Shown here: positions 9,146 through 19,400 of the stretch, one piece after another
Position numbering within the stretch: the stretch's first letter is position 1
Layout of the letters: every line of letters starts with the position of its first letter
Assembly: GCA_036677665.1 (NCBI GenBank)
Contig: JAVBVX010000038.1
Location: forward strand, 112,909 to 176,908
Length of the DNA: 64,000 nucleotides
Source of the DNA: Clostridium sp.
GTDB lineage: Bacteria; Bacillota; Clostridia; Clostridiales; Clostridiaceae
Direction: 5' to 3'
The notes under the pieces: model-generated
Databases searched by the model: none
Told to the model about the DNA's origin: nothing
The model's input: the letters and a program-made list of their open reading frames with translations, nothing else
Made by a program: the position numbers and the translations under genes

Positions 9146-10030
9146 TTACTTTTTAGTAATATTGATTATTTCATACTCTGTTTCCCCATCATTTTCTAAA
9201 CCACCAAAGACCTTTAATCTATACCCTAAGTCAATCATATACTTATCAGTTTCAATATAGGAGCTATGAGCCATATCCTTCTTTGCCAGTACAACATCAC
9301 TTTTATATCCATTATAGTTTCTAAATCTACTTTCTAGATTTTCTTTGTCTTTTTTATCCCAATATAATATAAACTTAATTCTACACTCATCTCTATTTAT
9401 ATACTTTAATATATATTGTTTAAGATTTCTTTCATTTTCAGCATTGTTTAAATATTTATCTTTAATAGTAATATTTTTTGAACCCTCATAAAATTTTGCT
9501 AGATACTTAGCTAATATATCTGCATTTCCATAAGTAACTTCTATTCGTACAGGTGTTTCATATATATCAAATAATTCATAACATTTATTTTTTACTAGTA
9601 CTTCTTCTATATCATTTAACTTAACTGTTTGCTTATTTTCTCTTAAAAATGCTTCATAGGTCACAAATTTTATTTTACTATATTTGTTTTTTAAATTATT
9701 GCTATAATCTCCAATTAAAATTTTATCTTTAGATGCAAGAGCTGTAGTAATTGCTATATCTTCTTTTGAAAGATTTTCTGGTAAATCTTTTTTAAAATCT
9801 TCAATATTAACTTTCTTTATCTTATCTATATCTCTAGATATAGATAAGACCCATTCATCATACTCTTCTTTATAATTATTTTCCTCTGCATCTCTATCCC
9901 ATATACTTTTTAACTCATCACTTATTACTAATATATGACGATTAATTCTATTTCTTAACTCATCGTATTTGGTGTCTAAATCAAACTTACTTCTTATGAT
10001 TTCCTTACTTAATGTAATTTCTAATCTCAT
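9146..10030 (-). CDS. hypothetical protein with a possible C-terminal MIT_C (PLD-fold)-like domain
   Basis: C-terminal ITIKDKYLNN...RIKFILYWD...MAHSSYIETDKYMIDLGYRLKVF follows my recollection of the MITD1 C-terminal domain pattern (I.V.DPY...IHDR.I....W.I..GRGLD.F), with HDR degenerated to HSS. Confidence 0.35.
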   Translation of the reverse strand: MRLEITLSKEIIRSKFDLDTKYDELRNRINRHILVISDELKSIWDRDAEENNYKEEYDEWVLSISRDIDKIKKVNIEDFKKDLPENLSKEDIAITTALASKDKILIGDYSNNLKNKYSKIKFVTYEAFLRENKQTVKLNDIEEVLVKNKCYELFDIYETPVRIEVTYGNADILAKYLAKFYEGSKNITIKDKYLNNAENERNLKQYILKYINRDECRIKFILYWDKKDKENLESRFRNYNGYKSDVVLAKKDMAHSSYIETDKYMIDLGYRLKVFGGLENDGETEYEIINITKK

Positions 10031-10222
10031 ATGATCACCTACATTAGTAAAATAATATATTTGTCTCTTTTAATATTAGCTTTATTAGATTCATTTATAC
10101 TGAGCCTTTAACAATAGTAACCTTAATTTTTGCTATTGTTACTTTTACTTTCCATTTACCCAATTTACTCAATTGTGTATAATACTTTTATAGTTGTCTT
10201 GTAAAAAGGAGTTTAATTTCAA

Positions 10223-11098
10223 ATGAAAAAAATAGGTATGAGAACTTTCAAAACAGCCTTAGCTGTTTTTCTATGTATGATTTTAGCAAATATTTTTAAA
10301 TTCGATTCACCTTTTTATGCTTGTATCGCTGCTGTAATTTGTATGCATAGCTCTGTGTCTGACTCATTTACAGAGGGAAAAAACAGATTAATAGGTACGT
10401 TTATAGGTGCTGTAGTAGGCTTTTTTTTCACCCTAATAAGTCCTGGAGATATATTATTATCTTCTATTGGTATAATAGCAATAATCTATATATGTAATAT
10501 GTTTAAAAGTACAAAATCTGTATCTATAGCTTGTATAGTTTTTCTTGCTATCATGATAAATCTACAGGATAAAAGCCCATTGAGTTATAGTACTTCTAGG
10601 CTTATAGAAACATTTGTAGGAATAATTATTTCTGTTTTAATTAACTACTATATATATCCTCCAAAATACTTAGATAATCTACAGGAAATAAAAGAGAACT
10701 TAATTCATAACATTTTTTTAATATTGAGAAATACAATTTGTTATAATCAATCTATAGAATTAACTGTCTTAAATAATGAAATTTCCGATTTTGAGGATAT
10801 GTTGAAAAACTACACATCTGAAATTACTCACGGAAAAGATAATCAAGCTGAAATTGAAGAATTTAAAAGAGTATTAAATTTTAGCAAAAAGGCTTATAGC
10901 CATTTATTTATGCTTAAGTCCCTAGGTACAGATTACGGATTTAATGACTCTATTAAAATTAAGATAAAAACAATTTTAGAATGGGATATATCAAATAAAG
11001 AATTTCAAAATACAGATATGAGCATTATATATAACTATCATGTAGACAAGCTAATTGACATATTAAATTATATTGAAATGAGATGTCATAAGGATTAA
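10223..11098 (+). CDS. aromatic acid exporter (ArAE/FUSC-like, UPF0421) family membrane protein
   Basis: N-terminal MRTFKTALAVFLC, four or five TM segments, then a soluble helical C-terminus. AAGGAG RBS. Confidence 0.65.
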   Translation: MKKIGMRTFKTALAVFLCMILANIFKFDSPFYACIAAVICMHSSVSDSFTEGKNRLIGTFIGAVVGFFFTLISPGDILLSSIGIIAIIYICNMFKSTKSVSIACIVFLAIMINLQDKSPLSYSTSRLIETFVGIIISVLINYYIYPPKYLDNLQEIKENLIHNIFLILRNTICYNQSIELTVLNNEISDFEDMLKNYTSEITHGKDNQAEIEEFKRVLNFSKKAYSHLFMLKSLGTDYGFNDSIKIKIKTILEWDISNKEFQNTDMSIIYNYHVDKLIDILNYIEMRCHKD

Positions 11099-11111
11099 AT
11101 ACTTATACAAT

Positions 11112-11152
11112 AAAAACAGAAGAAACCTATTCTTAATGTTTCTTCTGTTTTT
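11112..11152. terminator. bidirectional terminator
   Basis: Stem aaaaacagaagaaac/gtttcttctgttttt between convergent genes. Confidence 0.75.
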
Positions 11153-11176
11153 ACATATTATAAAATACTTATTTTA

Positions 11177-11368
11177 TTATTCTTCAACCTTAATTGCATC
11201 TACAGGACATGATTCTTGTGATTCAACTGCTCCGCCTTTTGCATCTTCTGGAACTTTATCTACAATTACATGTGCTTTTCCATCATCTTTCATATCAAAT
11301 ACTTCTGGGCATATTGCTGGACATAGTCCACATCCAATACATGTTTCTTGATCTACAAAAGCTTCCAT
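11177..11368 (-). CDS. fdx: small single-cluster [4Fe-4S] ferredoxin
   Basis: CIGCGLCPAICP plus the distal SCP motif, in an acidic 63-aa protein. Confidence 0.85.
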   Translation of the reverse strand: MEAFVDQETCIGCGLCPAICPEVFDMKDDGKAHVIVDKVPEDAKGGAVESQESCPVDAIKVEE

Positions 11369-11497
11369 TTAAATCTCTCCCTTTCATATTTTTAATATTA
11401 AATTTACTATTATATCTTTACCAATAGTGCTAAATAATATTACACAATTTTTACTTTTTAAATTTTTTATTGGATGTAGAAACTCCTATATATTACT

Positions 11498-12025
11498 TTA
11501 CTTTTGCAACCAATATTCTTTATATGTTTCCCATCTATTATCTTTCCAAATTAATATTGATATATTGTCAAAGTACGTGTGGAAATTTAGATTAAACTGA
11601 TTTACATATTCCCATATGTCATTAAATCTCTCTCTAATTCTTCTAGACACAATAGTACAATGAAACTTCTTATTTTTACCATCATTTTCTTTCCACTCTA
11701 ACCACTCTAAACTCTTTAATACATCAATATATTTATCATGAATTTCCACTGCTTCCTTAGATGGCTGAATGTCCATAAAAACTACATTATCTCTAAAATG
11801 ACTAACTCCCTTAAGGTCTATAGGAGCCTTAAAGTTGCTTCTACAAAAACTCTCTGTAAGATTTTCTATCTCTAATATATTTTCAGCTTCAAAAGGCGCT
11901 TTTATTGTAAAATGTGCTGGTAGCTTTTGTCTTTGTACTTTAAATTTATTGCAAACATCTTTTACTAGTTTTTCATGAAAATCTAGTACTTCATCTTTTA
12001 ATAAACAAACGATAACATAACGCAT
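11498..12025 (-). CDS. 2H phosphoesterase superfamily protein (LigT / 2'-5' RNA ligase-like)
   Basis: Two H-x-T motifs (HFTIK and HCTIV) about 85 aa apart in a 175-aa protein. Confidence 0.65.
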   Translation of the reverse strand: MRYVIVCLLKDEVLDFHEKLVKDVCNKFKVQRQKLPAHFTIKAPFEAENILEIENLTESFCRSNFKAPIDLKGVSHFRDNVVFMDIQPSKEAVEIHDKYIDVLKSLEWLEWKENDGKNKKFHCTIVSRRIRERFNDIWEYVNQFNLNFHTYFDNISILIWKDNRWETYKEYWLQK

Positions 12026-12120
12026 TATATAATCTTATCCCTTCTATATTACTTTAAGAATAGTATCTTAAATATTTTCATATTATGTTATAAATCATAT
12101 AATTTTAGGATGGTGTTGCT

Positions 12121-12408
12121 ATGTATGGTAAATTAAAAAAGAGCCATAAACCTTATGCTGAAAAAATCATGTGTGAATTATATCCTGATAAAGAGTTAAC
12201 TACTGAAATTATTTGCTCAAAGTTTGTTAAAAAATGTCATGCCATTGTGTGTGCCTCTATAAAAGATTTAGAAAAGTGCCGTTTAATAAAACTCATAAAT
12301 AGTAGTGTAAAAGTAAATGAACGCTCCTATCAATTATCTAAAGAAGGATTAAATATAATATCCTCTCAAATAGTCCTTGATTCTGTAGAAGAACATATTG
12401 AAGAATAG
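12121..12408 (+). CDS. hypothetical protein (95 aa), possibly winged-helix
   Basis: ORF only; GGATGGTG-like RBS. Confidence 0.4.
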   Translation: MYGKLKKSHKPYAEKIMCELYPDKELTTEIICSKFVKKCHAIVCASIKDLEKCRLIKLINSSVKVNERSYQLSKEGLNIISSQIVLDSVEEHIEE

Positions 12409-12412
12409 TATA

Positions 12413-12435
12413 AGAGCCACATAAAGTGGCTCTTA
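12413..12435. terminator. bidirectional terminator
   Basis: Stem aagagccac/gtggctctt with loop ataaa. Confidence 0.7.
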
Positions 12436-12439
12436 ATTA

Positions 12440-12679
12440 TTAACTATTTTTAGAATTATAAGCTTCTAAAACTCTTTTAAATTCTGCTCCTTGACCAATA
12501 GATGCATACTCTATTTCGCCCTTTCCTCTACTTATTTCTCTATATGCATTAGCATTTTCCGCTCCCGGCATAGATACTATAACATAGTCATCATTTCCAA
12601 GCTTTATTCTGTCTATTAATTCAAGTTCAATTTTTTTTCCTAATTCATTTTTAACTGTTATTGTTTGTAATGTTTCCAT
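12440..12679 (-). CDS. DUF1292-like small protein
   Basis: Matches the DUF1292 pattern (short acidic protein with ELELIDRIKLGNDDYVIV). Start moved to METLQT (ATG at 12679), 9 nt after AGGAGG. Confidence 0.55.
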   Translation of the reverse strand: METLQTITVKNELGKKIELELIDRIKLGNDDYVIVSMPGAENANAYREISRGKGEIEYASIGQGAEFKRVLEAYNSKNS

Positions 12680-12781
12680 ATGTACATACCTCCTATTATT
12701 AAGTAAATAATATTTTATTTCATAACTTAGGTTGCTCAAAAAGCACTAACTATATTTATAAAAAATAAAATTTAATTACTC

Positions 12782-13294
12782 TTAATAATAATGGGAATAT
12801 ATATTAGTCATATTTTCTTTAAGTTCATATTTTTGATTACTTACCTTGTCCATAAGCTGTTTTATATTACCTTCTACTTCCTCTTCCAATTCATTTTTAA
12901 ATATAATATTTAAAGCTTTTTCAAATACTCCTTCTATGCTTAAATAAAAACTCTCCTCTACATCTATATCTGAATTAACAAATTCTAAAGCCATATCAAT
13001 ATAATATAGCATTAATTTTACTATATTTTCAGGTTCACTAGAGACTTGCTGAAACTCCATTATAATCTGACTTATTAATGAGTACTTAGTCTTATTTCTA
13101 TCTTTACTAGATAGAAATTCGTTTTCTATCTTTATTCTGTATTTTTCTAACAGAGATTCTTCTAATTTATTGCTTATCTTTAAATTATAATGCTCTTTAA
13201 CCTCTGGATATATCTTGAAAAGTTCCACTATTTCCCTTTCTAATTCACTTTTGCACAAAGAACTAAGATAGTCATTCAATTTAGCTTCATTCAT
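12782..13294 (-). CDS. hypothetical helical acidic protein (170 aa)
   Basis: ORF only. Confidence 0.45.
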   Translation of the reverse strand: MNEAKLNDYLSSLCKSELEREIVELFKIYPEVKEHYNLKISNKLEESLLEKYRIKIENEFLSSKDRNKTKYSLISQIIMEFQQVSSEPENIVKLMLYYIDMALEFVNSDIDVEESFYLSIEGVFEKALNIIFKNELEEEVEGNIKQLMDKVSNQKYELKENMTNIYSHYY

Positions 13295-13446
13295 ATTAGT
13301 TAAGCTTTCCCCCTGTCTTTAGTTACGCATATACTCACCTATTAAACGGCTTACTATAATTATACTATCTACCTTAATTTTACAAAAGCTTTTTTTGAAA
13401 CAAGTTCTTAATTCAAGTGAAAATTAAATCCCCTATTTCTAGGGGA

Positions 13447-14856
13447 TTAACATTTAGCACCTCTTCTGGATACTTCAAATTTTTCTATAGCGTACTCTTC
13501 ATACTTATCTATTCCTGCCTTTTCTAGAGCTATTGCCAATTGATCTTCTACAGTGTCTATACCCTCAAGGTTTGGTAGTAAAACTCCACTTCTTGAATCA
13601 GCTTTTACTATAATTCCATATCTTTTAGGATCTAATTCTTCTCTCGATGCACTTATTGGGGGCATCAATACATCTATTGAGTACTCTAAATCCTCTAACT
13701 CCTCAACATCTACAGGTGCAAACCGTGGGTCCCCAACTCCTGCTCCTACAGCATTTCTTATTATCTCTCTAGCAATGCAATCTGTTGCTGGAAATATAGT
13801 ACCTATACATCCTCGAAGCTCTCCTTCTTTTTTTATGGATACAAATACACCACGTCTTTCATTAAGCATCTTTTCATTAAGTACAGGTACCTTCATATAC
13901 TCTCCAGTTTTTACATAATGCTCAAGACTTTCTCTAGCTAGCTTTGCATATACATCTTCACAAGCCCTTACTTTTTCTATTTCTTCTTTTTTTAACTTAG
14001 TTATACTGTTTAGAAGTTGTCTATTTTCATCTATTTTAGTATCAAATCTCATAACTCCATATCCAATGCCAAAAGGTCCCTCATAAGATAAGAGTTCACC
14101 CTTTACCCCATATCCGTCCATAGATCCAAGAAGTATATAGAAAGATCTTAAACCACATTCACCTGCTCCTTTTACAAGCTTTCTATCTAATCCAAATACT
14201 CCGAGTATATCTCCATCTCTTAATAACTCAGTAATCTTTTTATCAAATTTTTTACCATTTTCATCAATACCATAAGGACTCTTTGCACTTAATTTATGAG
14301 ATAAATCACCACTAGCAATTATAACTACCCTTTTATTACTATCTTTTACAGCTTCTTTTACAACCATGCCAAAAGTATATAGTTGCTCTTTAGAAAGTAG
14401 TCCATAGGTTATATGTACTAGATTATATTCTTTATATTGCTCATTTATAAAGTATAATGGCACCATACTTCCATGGTCTAATTCTGAAGAGATTCCGTAT
14501 TGTTGCATAGAAGCTTCATCTACAGGTACTAATATTATATCTTTACTAATTGATTTCTCTCTAATACTTTCTGTTAAGGAAGTATCTATTGAAATATTAA
14601 ATTCTACTTCTGGAGCATTGAAACTTTCTAGACTTCCTTTTATAGACTCCGAAGTTGCTACTGATAAAGCATCACTAAATAAGGGTCCATGTGGTGTTAT
14701 AATAATTATAGTATCTGGTTTTAGCTTTGATATCTCTTCTCCAATTTTCTTGCAAGCATCACTTGTTGCCTTTATTTTTTCTTCTTCTTCCTTTCCAACC
14801 TCTTTTATAAGAATAGGTGGATGAGGCATTATGTAGTGTCCTAAAATTGTTCCCAT
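13447..14856 (-). CDS. fusion protein: class III extradiol dioxygenase (LigB-like) domain + AMMECR1 domain (AmmeMemoRadiSam system protein A-like)
   Basis: N-terminal YIMPHPPILI...IIIITPHGP...ASGDLSH is LigB-like. C-terminal RGVFVSIKKEGELRGCIGT...DPRF is the AMMECR1 signature. Confidence 0.8.
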   Translation of the reverse strand: MGTILGHYIMPHPPILIKEVGKEEEEKIKATSDACKKIGEEISKLKPDTIIIITPHGPLFSDALSVATSESIKGSLESFNAPEVEFNISIDTSLTESIREKSISKDIILVPVDEASMQQYGISSELDHGSMVPLYFINEQYKEYNLVHITYGLLSKEQLYTFGMVVKEAVKDSNKRVVIIASGDLSHKLSAKSPYGIDENGKKFDKKITELLRDGDILGVFGLDRKLVKGAGECGLRSFYILLGSMDGYGVKGELLSYEGPFGIGYGVMRFDTKIDENRQLLNSITKLKKEEIEKVRACEDVYAKLARESLEHYVKTGEYMKVPVLNEKMLNERRGVFVSIKKEGELRGCIGTIFPATDCIAREIIRNAVGAGVGDPRFAPVDVEELEDLEYSIDVLMPPISASREELDPKRYGIIVKADSRSGVLLPNLEGIDTVEDQLAIALEKAGIDKYEEYAIEKFEVSRRGAKC

Positions 14857-14903
14857 AAAAGCACCTCCTATATATTATTCTTTACCACATGTTATTTAAA
14901 TAT

Positions 14904-14943
14904 CAAAAAAAGATTACCTATCAATAACCATGATAGATAATCT
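14904..14943 (-). terminator. rho-independent terminator after gltD
   Basis: 13-bp stem (one mismatch) at 14911-14923 / 14931-14943, followed by T7 on the minus strand. Confidence 0.75.
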
Positions 14944-14954
14944 TCAAATAAATT

Positions 14955-16391
14955 TTAACCTTTAAGGAATGTGTCTCCCATTAAATACTTATCAACATTT
15001 TTAGCAACTTCTCTTCCGCCATGTATCGCTTTTACAACTAGAGACTGTCCTGTACTCATATCTCCTGCTGAAAAAACTTTATTTATGCTTGTCATTCCTT
15101 CTTCGTTAGTCTTTACATTGCCTCTTTCATCAATTTCTACTTCTAAGTCTTTTAACAATCCTTCATGCTTAGGATGTAGGAATCCCATAGCTAAGAAAAT
15201 TAAATCTGCATCTATTTTAAATTCGCTATTTGGTACTTCTACCATATTCATTCTGCCACTTTCATCTGTAGTCCACTCTACTCTAGCAGCTATAAGCTCA
15301 CTAACTTTACCTTCTTTTTCAACAACCTTCTTAGTAACTATATTCCATTCTCTCTCACAACCTTCTTCATGTGAGGTAGAAGTCTTTAGTGTTCTAGGAT
15401 ATGTTGGCCAAGGCATAGTGTCATCTCTTTCTACTGGTGGCTTAGGCATTATTTCAAATTGATATACCTTTTTAGCTCCCTGTCTAACAGCAGTTCCTAC
15501 ACAATCTGAACCCGTATCTCCTCCACCTATAACTACTACAGTCTTATCCTTAGCATCTATATTTTCTTCTTTGAACTTTTCACCTGATACTTTCTTATTT
15601 TGTTGAGAGAGATACTCCATAGCAAAATGAATTCCTTTAAACTCTCTTCCTTCCATTTTTAAATCTCTCGGAACACTAGAACCACCTGTAAGTACAATAG
15701 AATCATATGAATCTAAAAGTTCTTGCCCTGTAATATCTTGACCTACATCAATACCTGTCTTGAAATTCACGCCTTCTTCTTCCATAACTTTAATTCTTCT
15801 ATCTACTATATGCTTTTCTAGTTTAAAATCTGGAATACCATATCTTAATAGGCCTCCTAATTTTTCATCCTTTTCAAATACAGTTACCTCATGGCCAGCA
15901 TAATTTAACTCTGCTGCAGCTGCAAGTCCTGATGGTCCTGAACCTACTACAGCTATCTTTTTACCTGTTCTTACTCTTGGAGTATTGGCTTTAACCCAGC
16001 CCTCTTTAAAGGCTCTTTCTATTATAGACAACTCAACTTCTCTTACAGATACTGACTTTCTATTTATACCTAGAGTGCAGGCTGCCTCACATAGTGCCGG
16101 ACAAACTCTTCCAGTAAATTCCGGAAAATTATTTGTTAGAGAGAGCCTTTTATAAGCCTTCTCCCATTCATCTCTATAGATCATATCGTTCCAATCCGGA
16201 ACGATATTTCCTAGTGTACATCCCCAGTTACAGAAGGGTGTCCCACAGTTCATACATCTAGACGCTTGCTCACTTATTTCTTCTGAAGTAAGTGGGATAT
16301 ATACTTCTTTATAATCCTTAATTCTCTCTTCTACTTCTCTTTTATTATAATTTTTTCTATCAAACTCTTTAAATCCAGTTAATTTTCCCAC
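14955..16391 (-). CDS. gltD: glutamate synthase (NADPH) small subunit
   Basis: Cys clusters CMNCGTPFC and CPALCE, and dinucleotide folds VAVVGSGPSGLAAA and VVVIGGGDTGSDC. Confidence 0.92.
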   Translation of the reverse strand: MGKLTGFKEFDRKNYNKREVEERIKDYKEVYIPLTSEEISEQASRCMNCGTPFCNWGCTLGNIVPDWNDMIYRDEWEKAYKRLSLTNNFPEFTGRVCPALCEAACTLGINRKSVSVREVELSIIERAFKEGWVKANTPRVRTGKKIAVVGSGPSGLAAAAELNYAGHEVTVFEKDEKLGGLLRYGIPDFKLEKHIVDRRIKVMEEEGVNFKTGIDVGQDITGQELLDSYDSIVLTGGSSVPRDLKMEGREFKGIHFAMEYLSQQNKKVSGEKFKEENIDAKDKTVVVIGGGDTGSDCVGTAVRQGAKKVYQFEIMPKPPVERDDTMPWPTYPRTLKTSTSHEEGCEREWNIVTKKVVEKEGKVSELIAARVEWTTDESGRMNMVEVPNSEFKIDADLIFLAMGFLHPKHEGLLKDLEVEIDERGNVKTNEEGMTSINKVFSAGDMSTGQSLVVKAIHGGREVAKNVDKYLMGDTFLKG

Positions 16392-16404
16392 AGTAACACC
16401 CCCC

Positions 16405-19400
16405 TTACTCAGATACCTTTATAGATTTTTTATTTTTGTATAATATAGCTTTATATGCACTTGGAATTATCCTTCTAAATTTAGTCTTGTATTCATCCCA
16501 ATTTTCTAAAATATTTTTAGCCTTTTCGCTATTTGTATTCTCATAGTGTTGTTCTATAAGTTTAAGAACAGTATCTTCATCTTCTTTATCTTGTAGATCT
16601 TCAATCTCTAACATTTCTTCAGTACACTTATCAGTAATGCAAGAATCTTCATCTAGTACAAATGCAATACCTCCACTCATACCTGCTCCAAAGTTTCTAC
16701 CTGTCTTACCTATTACTAGTACTGTTCCCCCTGTCATGTATTCACAACAGTGATCTCCAACACCTTCTACTACTGCTGTTGCTCCACTATTTCTTACAGC
16801 AAAACGCTCTCCTACAGATCCATTTACATACAGTTGACCATCACAAGCACCATAAAGTATTGTGTTACCTGCAATTGAATTTTCTTCTGCTTTAAAGCTA
16901 CTCTTTTCAAGAACTTTAAGTATTATTTTTGCTCCTGAAAGTCCCTTTCCTACATAGTCATTCGCATCTCCTTCAAGAACTAGGGTAAGTCCACTTGCTC
17001 CGAATGCTCCAAAACTTTGTCCTGCTGATCCTTTAAAATTAAATACTATAGTATCTTCTGGTAATCCTGCTTCACCATAAGCTTTAGCGATTTTTCCGCT
17101 TAGCATTGCACCTACAGTTCTATCTACATTTTTAATTTCAAAGCTACCTCTAACAAGTTTTCCACTATCTAGAGCTGGACTAGCAACTTGTATTAAATGA
17201 TGATCCATAGCAGTTTCAATTCCATGATCCTGAGCAGTTACACAATAAGGCTTAATTCTCTTAGGCATATCTGGCTTAAATAATATATTTGAAAGATCTA
17301 ATCCATTAGCTTTCCAGTGATCTACTGCTTCTTGAACTTCTATTTTATCTACTCTTCCAATCATTTCATTCATTGTTCTAAAACCAAGCTGAGCCATGTA
17401 TTCTCTAACTTCTTCAGCTATAAATGTAAAGAAGTTAATTATATGCTCTGGCTTACCTTTAAAGCATTGTTTAAGGTCTGAATCTTGTGTTGCAATACCC
17501 ATATCACAAGTATTACAATGGCATTTACGAAGTAGTGTACATCCTAAAATTACAAGAGCTGTTGTTGCAAATCCAAATTCTTCAGCACCAAGTAATGCTG
17601 CTACAACTACGTCTTTACCTGTTTTTAACTGACCATCAGTTTGTAGTCTTACTCTGCTTCTTAGATTGTTAAGCATTAATACTTGGTGAGTTTCTGATAA
17701 ACCTATCTCCCATGGTATTCCTGCATGTCTTATAGAAGACAATGGTGCCGCTCCTGTTCCACCGTCATGTCCACTTATTAATATTACATCTGCATGTGCC
17801 TTAGCAACTCCTGCAGCTACTGTTCCAACTCCAGCCTCAGCAACTAGCTTTACACTTACTCTACTGCTTGGATTTACAGACTTTAAGTCATAAATAAGTT
17901 GTGCTAAATCCTCAATAGAATAGATATCGTGGTGAGGTGGTGGTGATATTAAGTCTATACCTGGAGTTGAATGTCTCATCTTAGCGATATACTCATCAAC
18001 CTTTTTACCTGGTAGATGTCCACCTTCTCCTGGTTTTGCACCTTGTGCTACTTTAATTTGTAATTCATCTGCATTAACTAGATAGTTAGCCGTAACTCCA
18101 AAACGTGCTGAAGCCACCTGCTTTATAGCACTTCTCTTACTATCTCCATTACTATCTATCTTGAATCTTACTTTATCTTCTCCGCCTTCTCCGGAATTAC
18201 TTCTTCCTCCAAGTCTATTCATTGCAATTGCAATAGTCTCATGGGCATCTCTACTTATTGAGCCTAAAGACATAGCCCCTGTACAGAATCTTTTAACTAT
18301 TTCACTTACTGGCTCTACTTCTTCTATTGGAATGCTATTTCCATTCTTTAAGTTAAATAGTCCTCTTATAGTACATCGATTCTTACTTTGATCATTAATA
18401 AGACTGGCATATTCCTTATAAACCTTGTAATTATTACTACTAGTAGCAGCTTGAAGCTTGTAGATACTCTCTGGATTAAATAAATGGAATTCTCCATCTT
18501 TTCTCCAAGAATATAATCCACCTACCTCAAGTTCATTAACAGGCTTTCTTAATTTGTTATAGGCACTAGTGTGTCTAATTAACACTTCCTTAGCTATAAC
18601 CTCTTCTCCAATTCCACCTATTCTTGAAGTAGTGCCTTCAAAGTATTTATTTATAAACTCTTCATTTAAACCAAGAGCTTCAAAAATCTGTGCTCCATGA
18701 TAACTTTGAATTGTACAAATTCCCATTTTTGATAATATTTTAAGAAGTCCCTTGCTTATTGCATTTATATAGTTATTAACTGCTTTTGATTTATCTATAT
18801 CTTTTATTTCTTTTTCATCTACTAGATTTTCTATACTTTCAATAGCTAAATATGGATTTATAGCAGATGCACCATATCCAATAAGTAAAGCAAAATGTGT
18901 TGTCTCTCTAGCTTCCCCAGTCTCTACAATTAAAGAAACCTTAGTTCTTGTTTTTTCCTTAATTAAAAATTGGTGAACAGCTGATAATGCAAGCAAGCTT
19001 GGAATAGCTGCTTCATAACTATCTACAGTTTTATCACTTAGAACTAGTATATTATATCCTTCTTTAATTCTTTTTGAAGCTCTGTCACATATTAGATTAA
19101 GAGCTTCCTTAAAGCCTTCTATTCCGCTATCAGCTTTAAAAGTTATAGGTATTGTAGTTGATTTAAAGTTATTATCTCTTATACCTTTTATCTTGCTTAT
19201 ATTTTCATTTGATAAAATTGGTTTTTCTATTTCTATAAAGGAGCTATCTGAAATTTTCTTTGCAAGTATATTCTGTTGAGGTCCTATATAATTCATAAGA
19301 GACATTACTATACCTTCTCTTATAGGATCTATTGGTGGATTTGTTACCTGAGCAAATAGCTGTCTAAAATATGAAAATAACAGTTGTGGTTTATTAGATA

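Noticed and set aside
11136-11427. Plus-strand ORFs of 71 and 77 aa overlapping the ferredoxin gene.
   Set aside because: They lie opposite a gene with a clear Cys-motif ferredoxin. They have no RBS and odd composition.
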